Sequence record: ON529857.1
Length of the DNA stretch: 64,000 nt
Reading direction: 5' to 3' (one strand)
Positions 49,461 to 60,117 of the stretch are shown here, piece after piece. The stretch's first letter is position 1; every line of letters begins with the position of its first letter. The notes under the pieces are model-generated. The model was not told the DNA's origin. It worked only from the letters and a program-made list of their open reading frames with translations, and ran no database searches. The position numbers and the translations under genes were made by a program.

Positions 49461-52400
49461 CAGGAAACCCTTGCGGTGATGAAGGCGTGGTTGGAGGCGG
49501 CGCGCGCCATAGGCTGAATCAGCGTCGCCAGGTCTCCCTCAAGCGGGCAGGCCAGGGCGCCGATGGGCTGGAACGTGTTCACATCCACCTGAGACGCCAC
49601 ACGCACACCGCTCAGTTGGGCCGAAGCCGTCATGCCCAACACCGCCACATACCACCCCGTGCGCAGCATGAGATCGACCGGCAAGCTCTTCAAGCCGCCG
49701 CTCGCCAGAGAGACAGCCCCGGTCGCCAGATAACCTTCGGTCCGTCCGGTCAAAGACCAGCGCGCCAGGCCAAGGTGAGCCTGTCCGGCCGCCGGAGTGA
49801 CGACAGTGATCGACAGTTCACTGATCCTGGTCGGACGTGGGATGAAGAAGGGCTGGAACGTGACCTCCCCTCCCATAGGCGAAGCCGATTCCCGTTGCAG
49901 CACATCCTCCGCCAAGAAAATCCTGGCCTCAGCCGGAGGTTCGAGACGAATCGCATCGTCATAAAGAGGCAGCATCAACCCCCACACGCCATCCCCGCGC
50001 AGCATGTCGCCCTCTTCACCCGCGTCCGGGACACTGGCGCCCCGGCTGATCGCCGCCAGCGCCGTCGGGCGAACATCGCCTTGCGCGTCACGCGTGAACA
50101 ACACGCCGTCCGCTTCGTTCAAGGCGATCTCACGCTCTTCAAGTTCGGCGGGAGCCCGCGTGGGAACGCTTGATCTCCAGTATCGCAGTGGGGCGAAACC
50201 AGGCGTGTCGCTGTCGACATAGGCGTGAGGCTCTCCGACACGGATGACCGGGAACTCTTCACCCGCTCCCAAACCGTCGATCTCCAATCCGCCCAGGCCC
50301 GCAGGGGATCGCAGTTCAATCACGGCGGGCAGAATGGACGCCAGGATGGTGGCCGCGTATTCCGTCATGCCTTCGATCGGGTTGACCCGCACCGCAATGG
50401 TCTCTTCCGGCGTATGGAAATCGACCTCGCCCGTCACCTCAGCTTGAATCGTCGGAAGCATCTGAACCAAGGCCAAATATGGCTGAGACGAAGGCTTATC
50501 CGGATAGGCGTTGGCGTTGCCGACCGCCGTTGCTTCCACAAACATCGTCAGATTGATGTCGGGCAGAGACTCGGCGAAAGCGTCGACGCCTTCCATCGCA
50601 AAACCGTCAATCTGCGACACCGTGATCGGACCAGGCAGATCAACAATCGTATCCATATCCGCCGATCGAACAAAGCCTTCGACCGGAGAGGTCCGCACCA
50701 AGCCATAATAGGCATTCGGCGGTTCCCCGAAATGAGGCGGCGTGAAGTTCGCTCCGGCGCTCACCGCCGGCTCCGGCGTTTCCATCAGGATCGGCCCAGG
50801 GAACACCAACTCGAACAAGGTGCCTTGATCAGCGATCGCTTCTGGGGCCGTCAACACAAGATCATGTTCGAACGGCTCGATCGTCGTATAGCCGTTGATC
50901 GACGCGCGCGGCGCGGTGGTCCGAATCAGGCCGGGGAAAGGCGTGATGATGTTGATGCTGCCCGCGCCGATCCCTTCCGGCGGGGTGAGGACCAGGTTGT
51001 AATCCACCAGTGGCACCTGGATAAGGGCTTCCGTCGTCGGACCCGCCACCAGGTTCATCTCCATGAGAATCGTACCGATCTCACCTTGAGCGTTTCCGTT
51101 CATCATCGCGTCCGGGAGAACCGGCTCGACGATGATGGGGGGCAGCGCTTCACCCGTCGGGGGTCCGGCCACGACGACGCCGCCTTGAGTGGACGTCAGC
51201 AGGATCGGCCCAGGTAGGGGCTTCTGGACATCATGCGCGCCGACGGCCGTGCCCTGGGGCGGCGCAAGCGCCACTTCACCCACGACACCATAGGCTTCCC
51301 CAGGGATGGAGATAGCGCCGGCGGTATAGGTCAAAACAGCCAAGCCTGGCCCACCGACCTGAGTCTCGGTGTTCACGGTCGTCAGACCTACAACCCCTTC
51401 AGCAACGCCCGGCAGGTAGTCGTTGTTCGACGCCTCTGGCGCAATCCGGGTGGCCGAAGTGACGTAGGTGCCCTGGATGACATTGGGGTCCAAATAGCCC
51501 GAACCGCCCCCGGCTCCGGATGCGTTCGCCGTGGCGCCGGCTCCGCCCGCCCCGCCATAATAGCCACCGCCGCCACCAGAGCCTGATGCAGCTGCCCCCG
51601 CCATGGTCCACGGCAGGACAGGATCGTGACCATCTCCGCCCAGGAACGCATCCCCATTGCGATAGGGAGAGTTGTTAAAACCGACGCCGCCCGCCGTCTG
51701 TGAGCCTCCCAACCCTCTATAGGTATTCGAACCCGCGCCATCGCCACCACTCAACCCGCCGCCGAATCCGCCCTGACGCGTCGTCCCCGCGCCCGATCCA
51801 CCGCCGCCACCTGCAATAGCGACGAGATGATTATTGACGTACAGACGCGTCGAACCGCCGCCGCCGCCGCAAGCGTTCGGGCTGATGAAGCCGCCATGAC
51901 CTCCATCAGGCCAACCACCTTCCCCGCCCATTGTCGCTTGAGGGGCTCCGCCACCTTCGCCCACCGCTACGCGGATGACCGAGCCGGCCGTAAACGAATA
52001 AATACCGGTGGTGTAGCCGCCTGGCCCCGAATAGGCTGGGTCAAGTCCGAGAGTGGTGTTGATTGTCTGCGGAGCGCCGGCTCCACCCCACAATTTGAAG
52101 GCGATAGACCCGTCTTCAGCAGCAACGAAATCGTAGGAACGCGCCTGATCCGCTTCGAAAACCGTCTTACCCAATTCCAGCGGAGCCAAATCGGCCCCCT
52201 GCAAAAATTCAACCACGACACAACCGTCTCCGCCCGACTGAACAGTCGTCGGCGACCCTTGTGCGCCGCCCACTGCCGCCCCTGCCGGATAGTCCGGATC
52301 ATTTGAGGCGGGCGGCGTTTTACCGTCGGCGGGCAACATCCGCAGATTCGCAATCAGCGTCGATGCGTAACTGGTGCCGCCGCCCGCGCCGCCGGCCGAG

Positions 52401-55400
52401 GTCGTAGCCAAGCCAGAGCCAGCTCCGCCGCCATAATAGCCGCCGCCACCGCCTGGACCCGCAGCGGTCCCATCGGCGGTGTCCGGAGTCGTGCTGTAAC
52501 CGGCACCGCCCTTCAGATAGGCTCCGGAGGTGTTTGGGTTGGTGCTCCGTTGGCGGCAAATACCGCCGCCGCGATCTGCGCCTCCGGTGCCCACATAGCT
52601 ATTATGGCCTGAACCCGCCTGACCGCGTCGCACGCCGCCGGCTCCGCCATCACCGGTCACGGTCGTGCTATACCACGAACAACTACCGCCACCAGCGCCC
52701 ACAACCCCGACCAAGACCCCATTCAGATAGAGGCGCGTCGACCCTCCGCCAGAGCCCGCCAGGTTGGTTCCGGCGGCCTCGTATTTACCCCCTTGACCGC
52801 CATCAGGCCACCCCCCGGCTCCAGCCACGGTCGCGGTCGTTGAAGCGGCTTGTCCGCCGCCGCCAACTTCAATCGACACAGTATCGCCGGCCTTGACCCG
52901 AAGTTGTCCCGACATGAACGCGCCTGCGCCGCCGTAAGCCGGAGTCGAGGGCGCGCGTCGGGCTCCGCCGCCGCCGCCCGCCCAAGCCTTGAAGGTCAGC
53001 AACCCTGCGGCCGGGACCTTGTAAATTTCAGCCAGTTGCGTCGGGCGCAGAACATCCTTCTGCCCATCCACCAGCGTTCGTGGGACGATGAATTGGATGA
53101 CGGCCAGTCCGTCACCACCCGAGGTAGCAGCCGCTACCGTTGCGCCTCCAGCGGACCCCACGCCGACAGGCGTGACGTAGCCAGGCACGCCCGTGCCGCT
53201 CAAACCAATCGTGGAGGACCCGCCGGCAGGAACCAGGTGCGATCCGCCGCCGCCGCCGCCGGCGAGCTGTGCCGTCGTGCCGCCCATGCCGGCGCCGCCG
53301 CCGTAGTAGCCGCCGCCGCCGCCTGGCCCTGTATTGACCCCAACGCCGTCTAGGCCGGTGCACAGTGAATCCGACCCGGTCTGGTATCCGTTACCGCCGC
53401 GAGCCGCACTACCATTCAGCTCCGGATCGGACGGGAACCGTGAGTTAGAGCCGCCGGCCGACGACGTCCCGCCCGTGCCCGGATAGAAGAGGTTCGGGTA
53501 GGCGGTAGATGCAGCGTCTTGACCTCCCCCGTGACCGCCCAGAGGCGCCGCCGCACCTTGCGTTCCACCGCCACCGCCGCCACCGCCGCCGGCAACCGCG
53601 TAAAGGACCCCATTCTTCCACAGCCGAGTCGATCCGCCGCCGCCACCCCAGCCCAGGGTCGCGCTGCGACGCCCGCCCGAACCGCCATCCGGCCAGCCGC
53701 CCATACCGCCGGATCGCGCCGTCGCCGCTTGACCGCCCTGACCAACAGCCAGGAGCAAGCGATCGCCAACCTCGACTTCCAACTGGAACGTAACATAGCC
53801 GCCATCACCGCCCTTACGAGGGCCACCCATGGCGGGTCCGCTACCGCCGCCGCCCCACAGGTGGATCATCGCAATCCCTGCCTGGGTCACGACGATCTCG
53901 CGGGTCTTGCGAATGCTCGGATAAATATTGTTGCCCGGAGCCAGCGAGACCTCTTCGGGCGCGCCTTCTACCGGAGGGGCCTCGAATCGCAGCCAAGCAA
54001 AACCATGCTTGCCGACGGAGGTCGGTGCATCGAGCACCGTGCCGATGCCGCCGGGGCGGGCCACGTCGGCCGGCATCCACGGCAAATCAGTCCCGTTCGG
54101 GACCGTTTCAATACCGGCCGCGTTTGTCGCATTCGCCGGAGCATACGAAGAACCGCCGCCGGCGCCGGCAGCCGTAGCGGCGTTACTGTTCGAAGCGGAT
54201 TCAGCACCGCCGGCGCCTCCGTAATAGCCGCCTCCGCCGCCTGGACCAGTGCTTTTCCCGATAAAAGCGGAGTCGTTGACCGCTAGGAATCCGTTACCAC
54301 CCCGCAGATAACCGCCCGACATGCTGGTGTCAGTGGGCGCGAGCGCATTTGTGCCCCCAGCGGTCTGCGAGCCACCCAAACCTGGCACATAAGTCGCAGC
54401 CGTCGACGTGCCGCCGTTGACGCCGTTTTCTCCGCCACCGGCCCCGCCCTTGTTCGCAGACGCGCCGTTACCGCCGCCGCCGCCGCCCGCCGCGACGCCC
54501 AGCAGAACTCCATTCAGGTAAACGCGCGACGAACCGCCGCCGCCGGCCCAGCCTGCCGTTGCGGATGCGCGGGCGCCCGTACCCCCGTCCGGCCATCCCC
54601 CAGGGCCGCCAAAACCAGTCTTCGGCGGCAAGCCGCCTTGGGCGATCTCAAACGTGAAGACATCACCGGCGACGACAGTCCGCGAAAAAGCGATATGCCC
54701 GCCCGAGCCGCCGTGCATCGGCGTCGTCAGGCTAACGGAACCGCCTGAGCCGGCTCCCCATAGATCAATATGGACCTTGCCCGTCCCCGGAGCAGTCCAA
54801 GTCTGAGTCGTGGGGCCGACATAGTTGAACCCCTGCTCCGACACTGAAACATCCGGAGAATCTGCGAACGTCAGAACAACCAAGCCGTCACCGGCCGCGC
54901 GAAGCGGCGCGGAGGTGCTCATCACACCCGGTGTCGCGACACCTGGCACATAGTCGCTATCGGTTTTTTCAGGCGCGTCATCCGGCGCGCTACCGGTGTT
55001 GCCGACGTTGAAGACGTTGGCGACCAGCGGGTAGAGCGTCGACGTATGGTAATAACTGGACCCGCCGCCGGCACCCACGGTTCCGCCGCCGCCGCCATAA
55101 TACCCGCCGCCGCCGCCAGACCCTGGCTGGTTTACAGCAGGCGGTGCACCGGACACCGTGTAGCCGTTACCGCCGCGCAGATACCCACCGGACACTGACG
55201 CATCCGTAGGATAGGAAGGATGCGTTCCGCCGGCGGTCTGGGTTCCTCCGGTCGCCGAAGACGCCGCCATCGACCCCTGGCCGGATGGGTATCCAGCGGA
55301 GCCGCCGGCCCATCCTCCCTGACCGCTGCCGCCGCCGCCGCCCGCGACCGCCATCAAGACACCGTTGATGAAGATACGGCTGGAACCGCCACCGGCGCCG

Positions 55401-56602
55401 CCATGCACGGTAGCCGACACGATCCCGGCTTTACCGCCGTCCGGCCAACCGCCGAGGCCAGGCGCCGTCGGGCTGGTCGTCGGCTGCCCGCCTTGCGCCG
55501 TATCGACGCGCACAATGTCGCCGGTCTGGATAACCCAGGTCCCAGTGACGTAGGCTCCCTTACCTGCGATGGTGTTATAGGGTGAAGTGTTGTATCCCGC
55601 CGCTCCGCCGCCGCCCCACAGTTTAGCGGTCAGATAGCCAGGACGCGTTGCCTTGTAGGACTTGGACTCACCGGTGTAAGAGACCGTGGTCTTGCCTTGC
55701 GGCAAATCAGGCGGGGGCAGAACAGCGGCGATCTCCAGGACCGCAAGGCCATTGCCACCCGGCAACGCCATGACGCCCGTCGATCCTTGGTCACTACCAC
55801 GCGCCACGCCCGCGACATAATCAGGATCATCCGTCTTTGGCGCCGCCTTCCCCACGCCCGCTGTGGTCGAGGCTTTTGCGGCCGTAGGGTGGGTATAGGA
55901 AGACCCACCGCCCGCACCGCTCGACACAGTCGCGCCCCACAGCCCCGCAGAGCCGCCGCCGCCATAATATCCGCCACCGCCACCCGCGCCGTCGTTGGAC
56001 GTGCCCGTGCCTGTGCCCGACGTAATGGCGCCGGAACCACCCTTCAGGTATGCGCCGACCTGAAGCGGGTCGGGCGCTCTGTTGACGATCCGGCCTCCCT
56101 CAGTCTGCGAACCGCCCGACGCATACCAGGAACCCGTACCGGATTGTCCTGTAGCGCCGCCGCCCGCACCGCCATAGCCCAGGCCGTTCGGACCTTCATT
56201 CAGGCATCCGCCGCCGCCAGCGCCGGCCACGGCGATCAAGACGTTATTCACATAGAGGCGCGTTGAACCGCCGCCGCTACCGGCGGAGCGGATCGTAAAC
56301 GCATAACTGCCTGGACCTCCGTCCGGCCAGCCGCCGGTGCCCATTGCGCCGGTCAAGGCGTTGGTGACGCCGCCGCCGCCGACTTCCACCTTGATCGTGT
56401 CGCCGGGTGCAACCGAAAATTCACCGGTAACGAAGCCGCCAGCCCCGCCGTAGCCTTCACGCGGCGTCAGGTTAGAAGCGTTACCCCCAGAACCGCCGCC
56501 GCCCCACAGCTTGAACTTCAGGTCCCCGCCCGTCGCTACTGTAAAGGTCTGGGCCGCGCCGGTGTAGGTGATGGAATTCTTGCCGGACGGAAGATCAGCC
56601 AT
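49460..56602 (-). CDS. Giant adhesin/fibre protein with six tandem glycine-rich domains (2380 aa)
   Basis: Six repeats of (F/A)KLWGG...GGWPDGG...GGGGGYYGG, then a Pro/Glu/Val-rich stalk and an Mtd_N-like motif (LEEREIALNEADGVLF). Confidence 0.88.
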   Translation of the reverse strand: MADLPSGKNSITYTGAAQTFTVATGGDLKFKLWGGGGSGGNASNLTPREGYGGAGGFVTGEFSVAPGDTIKVEVGGGGVTNALTGAMGTGGWPDGGPGSYAFTIRSAGSGGGSTRLYVNNVLIAVAGAGGGGCLNEGPNGLGYGGAGGGATGQSGTGSWYASGGSQTEGGRIVNRAPDPLQVGAYLKGGSGAITSGTGTGTSNDGAGGGGGYYGGGGSAGLWGATVSSGAGGGSSYTHPTAAKASTTAGVGKAAPKTDDPDYVAGVARGSDQGSTGVMALPGGNGLAVLEIAAVLPPPDLPQGKTTVSYTGESKSYKATRPGYLTAKLWGGGGAAGYNTSPYNTIAGKGAYVTGTWVIQTGDIVRVDTAQGGQPTTSPTAPGLGGWPDGGKAGIVSATVHGGAGGGSSRIFINGVLMAVAGGGGGSGQGGWAGGSAGYPSGQGSMAASSATGGTQTAGGTHPSYPTDASVSGGYLRGGNGYTVSGAPPAVNQPGSGGGGGYYGGGGGTVGAGGGSSYYHTSTLYPLVANVFNVGNTGSAPDDAPEKTDSDYVPGVATPGVMSTSAPLRAAGDGLVVLTFADSPDVSVSEQGFNYVGPTTQTWTAPGTGKVHIDLWGAGSGGSVSLTTPMHGGSGGHIAFSRTVVAGDVFTFEIAQGGLPPKTGFGGPGGWPDGGTGARASATAGWAGGGGSSRVYLNGVLLGVAAGGGGGGNGASANKGGAGGGENGVNGGTSTAATYVPGLGGSQTAGGTNALAPTDTSMSGGYLRGGNGFLAVNDSAFIGKSTGPGGGGGYYGGAGGAESASNSNAATAAGAGGGSSYAPANATNAAGIETVPNGTDLPWMPADVARPGGIGTVLDAPTSVGKHGFAWLRFEAPPVEGAPEEVSLAPGNNIYPSIRKTREIVVTQAGIAMIHLWGGGGSGPAMGGPRKGGDGGYVTFQLEVEVGDRLLLAVGQGGQAATARSGGMGGWPDGGSGGRRSATLGWGGGGGSTRLWKNGVLYAVAGGGGGGGGGTQGAAAPLGGHGGGQDAASTAYPNLFYPGTGGTSSAGGSNSRFPSDPELNGSAARGGNGYQTGSDSLCTGLDGVGVNTGPGGGGGYYGGGAGMGGTTAQLAGGGGGGSHLVPAGGSSTIGLSGTGVPGYVTPVGVGSAGGATVAAATSGGDGLAVIQFIVPRTLVDGQKDVLRPTQLAEIYKVPAAGLLTFKAWAGGGGGARRAPSTPAYGGAGAFMSGQLRVKAGDTVSIEVGGGGQAASTTATVAGAGGWPDGGQGGKYEAAGTNLAGSGGGSTRLYLNGVLVGVVGAGGGSCSWYSTTVTGDGGAGGVRRGQAGSGHNSYVGTGGADRGGGICRQRSTNPNTSGAYLKGGAGYSTTPDTADGTAAGPGGGGGYYGGGAGSGLATTSAGGAGGGTSYASTLIANLRMLPADGKTPPASNDPDYPAGAAVGGAQGSPTTVQSGGDGCVVVEFLQGADLAPLELGKTVFEADQARSYDFVAAEDGSIAFKLWGGAGAPQTINTTLGLDPAYSGPGGYTTGIYSFTAGSVIRVAVGEGGGAPQATMGGEGGWPDGGHGGFISPNACGGGGGSTRLYVNNHLVAIAGGGGGSGAGTTRQGGFGGGLSGGDGAGSNTYRGLGGSQTAGGVGFNNSPYRNGDAFLGGDGHDPVLPWTMAGAAASGSGGGGGYYGGAGGAGATANASGAGGGSGYLDPNVIQGTYVTSATRIAPEASNNDYLPGVAEGVVGLTTVNTETQVGGPGLAVLTYTAGAISIPGEAYGVVGEVALAPPQGTAVGAHDVQKPLPGPILLTSTQGGVVVAGPPTGEALPPIIVEPVLPDAMMNGNAQGEIGTILMEMNLVAGPTTEALIQVPLVDYNLVLTPPEGIGAGSINIITPFPGLIRTTAPRASINGYTTIEPFEHDLVLTAPEAIADQGTLFELVFPGPILMETPEPAVSAGANFTPPHFGEPPNAYYGLVRTSPVEGFVRSADMDTIVDLPGPITVSQIDGFAMEGVDAFAESLPDINLTMFVEATAVGNANAYPDKPSSQPYLALVQMLPTIQAEVTGEVDFHTPEETIAVRVNPIEGMTEYAATILASILPAVIELRSPAGLGGLEIDGLGAGEEFPVIRVGEPHAYVDSDTPGFAPLRYWRSSVPTRAPAELEEREIALNEADGVLFTRDAQGDVRPTALAAISRGASVPDAGEEGDMLRGDGVWGLMLPLYDDAIRLEPPAEARIFLAEDVLQRESASPMGGEVTFQPFFIPRPTRISELSITVVTPAAGQAHLGLARWSLTGRTEGYLATGAVSLASGGLKSLPVDLMLRTGWYVAVLGMTASAQLSGVRVASQVDVNTFQPIGALACPLEGDLATLIQPMARAASNHAFITARVS

Positions 56603-56620
56603 CAGCGAGCCTCAAACGTG

Positions 56621-56654
56621 AAAAGACGCCCGGCGAGGCGAGGCGCCGGGCGTT
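56621..56654 (-). terminator. Intrinsic terminator after the 141-aa gene
   Basis: AACGCCCGGCG...CGCCGGGCGTC followed by TTTT. Confidence 0.75.
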
Positions 56655-56755
56655 GATTCAGATACGGAGTGCGGGGAAGGCGCGCCATCATCAACTGAAA
56701 CGGAAATCGAAGCGCATATCTTACCGCATCTTGACGGTATGCGCCAGTATTTACG

Positions 56756-57181
56756 TCAGTTCTGGAAGCGCAGCGCCGAGGAGAAGGTCACGGCGAAAGC
56801 GGCGGCGGTCGAGGAGACGTCTTGACCGAAATCGACGTAAGCCACCAGGGCGTCGTTGGCCGTGGTGCCGGTCGACTTGTAGATGACAGCCGCTCGGGCC
56901 GTAATGGTGGCGTTGGGCCACGTCACGTTGGAGAAGGCGACATCAAGGCGGTGGTTCGTCGTATCGAGCGTGAGCTGAACGGTCGACGCAAGCCCGCCAG
57001 ACGCATAGTTGGACCCCCCGGTGGAAGGCACTTCATTGGTCACGGCGGAACGCTTCTTATGCGCGCCCTTATCCGGCGTATAGCCCGACTGGACCAGCAT
57101 GACCTTGAAGTTGTCGGTGTCGAAATCGATGGCGCCGCGCGCCAGGTCTTCCAACATGGAATCGTAGATCAAAGAGGGCAT
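56756..57181 (-). CDS. Small beta-sandwich fibre/filament subunit (141 aa)
   Basis: IDFDTDNFKVML...NEV...Y..GG...W..ATITARAAVIY...LVAYVDFG pattern seen in phage fibre subunits; strong AGGAG RBS; flanked by a hairpin and a terminator. Confidence 0.75.
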   Translation of the reverse strand: MPSLIYDSMLEDLARGAIDFDTDNFKVMLVQSGYTPDKGAHKKRSAVTNEVPSTGGSNYASGGLASTVQLTLDTTNHRLDVAFSNVTWPNATITARAAVIYKSTGTTANDALVAYVDFGQDVSSTAAAFAVTFSSALRFQN

Positions 57182-57230
57182 GAGTGAATTCTCCTAGAGG
57201 CCCGTTGGGTGTTGACTGACCGGCCCCCGG

Positions 57231-57920
57231 TCAGAATTCTCCGGCATCAATGGTGATGTCGTAGAGGGTGACGTTGCGGATCGTGCCGCCGGTAATGTCG
57301 ACATTGTCCGCGTCTTGAAGCGCCATGGTGCCCAGGTCGCCGCCCGGCCCACCGCCGCCTCCGGTTCCGGTCGCGCCGATGTAACGGTAAAGCTCCAGGT
57401 AGACTCCGTCCGTCGCGACGCTGACCGTTCCGGTTCCGACCGTGGCGGGTTTTCCTGACGGAATCGTTCCCGTGAAGATCAGGACGCCAGCCTGGTAATC
57501 GAACACCCATTCTTCATCGGTGGTGTCCGGGAAGATGCGCGCCGCCGGTCCTGTATTGGGATCGCCGATATAAACCTTAACCGCGTATCCAGAACCGAAC
57601 GTCGGGGCGATGAACCGGGTCAATCGAGTCCCGACGTCATCAAACGTCGCCGTCGCCAACCAGGCCTGATTCACCGGCGAAGTCGGATCGCTCGTGGCGC
57701 GGATGCGTTCGGCGCCGACGTGCGCCGCCACGATCGTCGAAGGCGCCGGGGTCGCCGGGATGGTATCACCGTCGGACCAGACTTGAGACGGCAAAACGGG
57801 CAGGGCGGAGGCGATCGTTTCGTTGGAGCCGAATTTCACCAGCGCCCCGGCCGTCTTCGAGACGCCGAAGATGATTCGCTTCCACAGGAAGTCGAGTTTT
57901 TCACTGTCGAGAATCGCCAT
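57231..57920 (-). CDS. Virion structural protein, paralog of the N-half of 57933..60104
   Basis: Shared start MAILDSEKLDFLWKRI(I/L)FGVSKT and WVFDYQAGVL motif. Confidence 0.75.
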   Translation of the reverse strand: MAILDSEKLDFLWKRIIFGVSKTAGALVKFGSNETIASALPVLPSQVWSDGDTIPATPAPSTIVAAHVGAERIRATSDPTSPVNQAWLATATFDDVGTRLTRFIAPTFGSGYAVKVYIGDPNTGPAARIFPDTTDEEWVFDYQAGVLIFTGTIPSGKPATVGTGTVSVATDGVYLELYRYIGATGTGGGGGPGGDLGTMALQDADNVDITGGTIRNVTLYDITIDAGEF

Positions 57921-57932
57921 CAGCCCGCCGCC

Positions 57933-60104
57933 TTAATTCGAGAAGGACAGGCCCGTGATCGACTGTCCGGCATTGAGCCGGAAGCGCACGAGGATTTCGT
58001 TGCCCGTTGCGTTGGTCGACGACTGGGTGCCGAAGGTGATCTGGAAGGTGCCGGCGGAGCCGGTCATCACCGCGCCCAGGGCGCAACCGGCTTCAGGATC
58101 GCCCGCTTCGCCAGGAACGCCGGCGCCGTCATAGGGCTTGAAGGCGTTCCACCAGCCGCTGGGCGCCATGGGCGCGGTCGCCTCGACCCCAGGCAACTTG
58201 ACCCAGCAACCGGCGTAGGCTCCCGCCACCGTGATCTTGAAGGCCGAGGCCGCCGCACGGTTGAAGCTGAACGTGATGTATTGGGCGCCGTCACGGCCCG
58301 TAGACAGATTCGGCCCTGCCGGCAGATAAGCGGTGTAATCGGTTCGATCATGCTTCAGCACGCCGGCGACAACGGTCGCTTCGTGGACCGCCGGAGCGGC
58401 GGCGGAGTCCCACACAGTCGGTGCGCCAGCAGGAGTGTCGCCGGCGGCCATGCCCTTACGCGTGGCGGGATTAGTGTTTGGGATCGATCCCAGCCCCGAC
58501 ACGGGAACCGAAAGTTCATTCAGGCGTGCGCCGGCGGAGCCACGTTTCACCAAAATCGTCTTGGCTTCCAGCGTCGTCGCCGAGGTCGCGCCGGCGACGT
58601 TCCGGGCCGTAGCCTGGATGACGCCCGAGTTATGCACGTTCGCCCCGTCGATGGCGACGGTCAGCGCCGGCACGGCGTGCTCAGCCACGTCTCCGCGCGT
58701 CAGAGGCGTCGTCAAGCCCAGAGCCGCATAACCGTGATTGTCCGTGGTGATGATGCCGTTGGTGCCGGAGATCGACAGGGGATCAGCGCCGCCATAGTAG
58801 CACTCGCCTGGAACCAGGTTCGCCAAGGTCAGATTGACCGTCAACGAAGCGCCGTCTCCGTAATGAGGCACGCCCGAAGAGTAGGCCAGCGTCCCCGCAG
58901 CCGCTTCGACGACCGACCCCGCCGAAATGACCGGCGATCCGGAACCCGTATCGCGCACGAAGAACAGTTCATTGGTCTGGCCGGCGCCGGAATGCGTCAG
59001 TCGAACCTTGTTCACGCCCACCGGAGCCGCCAAACCCGAAAGGCTGACGTCGATCGATTTCCAGAAACCGGGCGTTGCGGCCGGGAAATCCTTCTGGTCT
59101 GCGATCACCAGGCCGCCGTAGGAACCGTTGTCGGCCGTACCCGTCAGAGTATGGGCGGTCGCTTCAACGCCGTTCAGCAGTGCGGCGATCTTACCCGCGT
59201 CTCCGGGGCCGACGTCTTGCAGGACGTTGGTGCTCACGCCAGCGGCGGAAATGCGCACGACCGTGTCGCCCGCCTGTAGGGTGGACGACGCGTTGTCCGT
59301 CACACCAGTCGCCAGGCGCGGCGAAGAACCGGCGGCGTTGGAGACGCTCAAGGCCCCATTCGGGAAGGCAGGGGGAGGAGTCGGGACCAGCTTGCCGAGA
59401 ACTTCATTGATCTGGTCCATCGCCTCTGAGACCGGAGTCTCATTCGTCAAGGGGACCGCACCATCGGCCCACGAACCATCGCCGTGTTGCGCGATATCAC
59501 CCAACGGAAGTCCGAAACCGTCCTCCGCACCGCCGCCGCCCCCTCCGCGCGCGCCTTGATACTGATAGAGCTCGAAATAGATACCGTCCGTCGCGACGCT
59601 GACCGTGCCGGTGCCGATCGAGGCCGGCTTGTCCGCCGGGATCGCCGAGGCGAACAGCAGGACGCCGGCCTGATAATCGAACACCCATTCCTCACCCGTG
59701 GTGTCGGGGAAGAGACGCGCAGCAGGCCCGGCCTCCGGATCGCCAATGTAGACCTTAACCGCGTAGCTGGAGCCGAACGTCGGCGGGATGAAGTCCACCA
59801 GACGCGTCGTGATATCGCCCTGCACTTCCGTCGCCAGCCACGCCAGATTCGGCGCCGAAGTCGGATCGGTCGTGGCGGCGATTCGCGCTGCGCCCGTCAA
59901 AACCTTCACCTCGGTGGTGTCGGCGACCGGCGCGAAATCCGGGATCGCATCGGCGCCCGCCCAGATGACTTCAGGCAAGACCATCATCGGCGAGGGGATG
60001 ATTTCGTTCGAACCAGCCTTGTCCGCCGTCTTGGCGGTCTTCGAGACGCCAAAGAGGATGCGCTTCCACAGGAAGTCGAGTTTTTCGCTATCGAGAATCG
60101 CCAC
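57933..60104 (-). CDS. Virion structural protein (723 aa)
   Basis: GTG start; N-half like 57231..57920, C-part like 60118..62154. Confidence 0.8.
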   Translation of the reverse strand: MAILDSEKLDFLWKRILFGVSKTAKTADKAGSNEIIPSPMMVLPEVIWAGADAIPDFAPVADTTEVKVLTGAARIAATTDPTSAPNLAWLATEVQGDITTRLVDFIPPTFGSSYAVKVYIGDPEAGPAARLFPDTTGEEWVFDYQAGVLLFASAIPADKPASIGTGTVSVATDGIYFELYQYQGARGGGGGGAEDGFGLPLGDIAQHGDGSWADGAVPLTNETPVSEAMDQINEVLGKLVPTPPPAFPNGALSVSNAAGSSPRLATGVTDNASSTLQAGDTVVRISAAGVSTNVLQDVGPGDAGKIAALLNGVEATAHTLTGTADNGSYGGLVIADQKDFPAATPGFWKSIDVSLSGLAAPVGVNKVRLTHSGAGQTNELFFVRDTGSGSPVISAGSVVEAAAGTLAYSSGVPHYGDGASLTVNLTLANLVPGECYYGGADPLSISGTNGIITTDNHGYAALGLTTPLTRGDVAEHAVPALTVAIDGANVHNSGVIQATARNVAGATSATTLEAKTILVKRGSAGARLNELSVPVSGLGSIPNTNPATRKGMAAGDTPAGAPTVWDSAAAPAVHEATVVAGVLKHDRTDYTAYLPAGPNLSTGRDGAQYITFSFNRAAASAFKITVAGAYAGCWVKLPGVEATAPMAPSGWWNAFKPYDGAGVPGEAGDPEAGCALGAVMTGSAGTFQITFGTQSSTNATGNEILVRFRLNAGQSITGLSFSN

Positions 60105-60117
60105 GGTGTGAGCCGCC

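Noticed and set aside
48058-49700. Mtd_N-like motifs suggesting a diversity-generating retroelement
   Set aside because: No reverse transcriptase and no TR/VR repeat pair differing at adenines were seen in the window.
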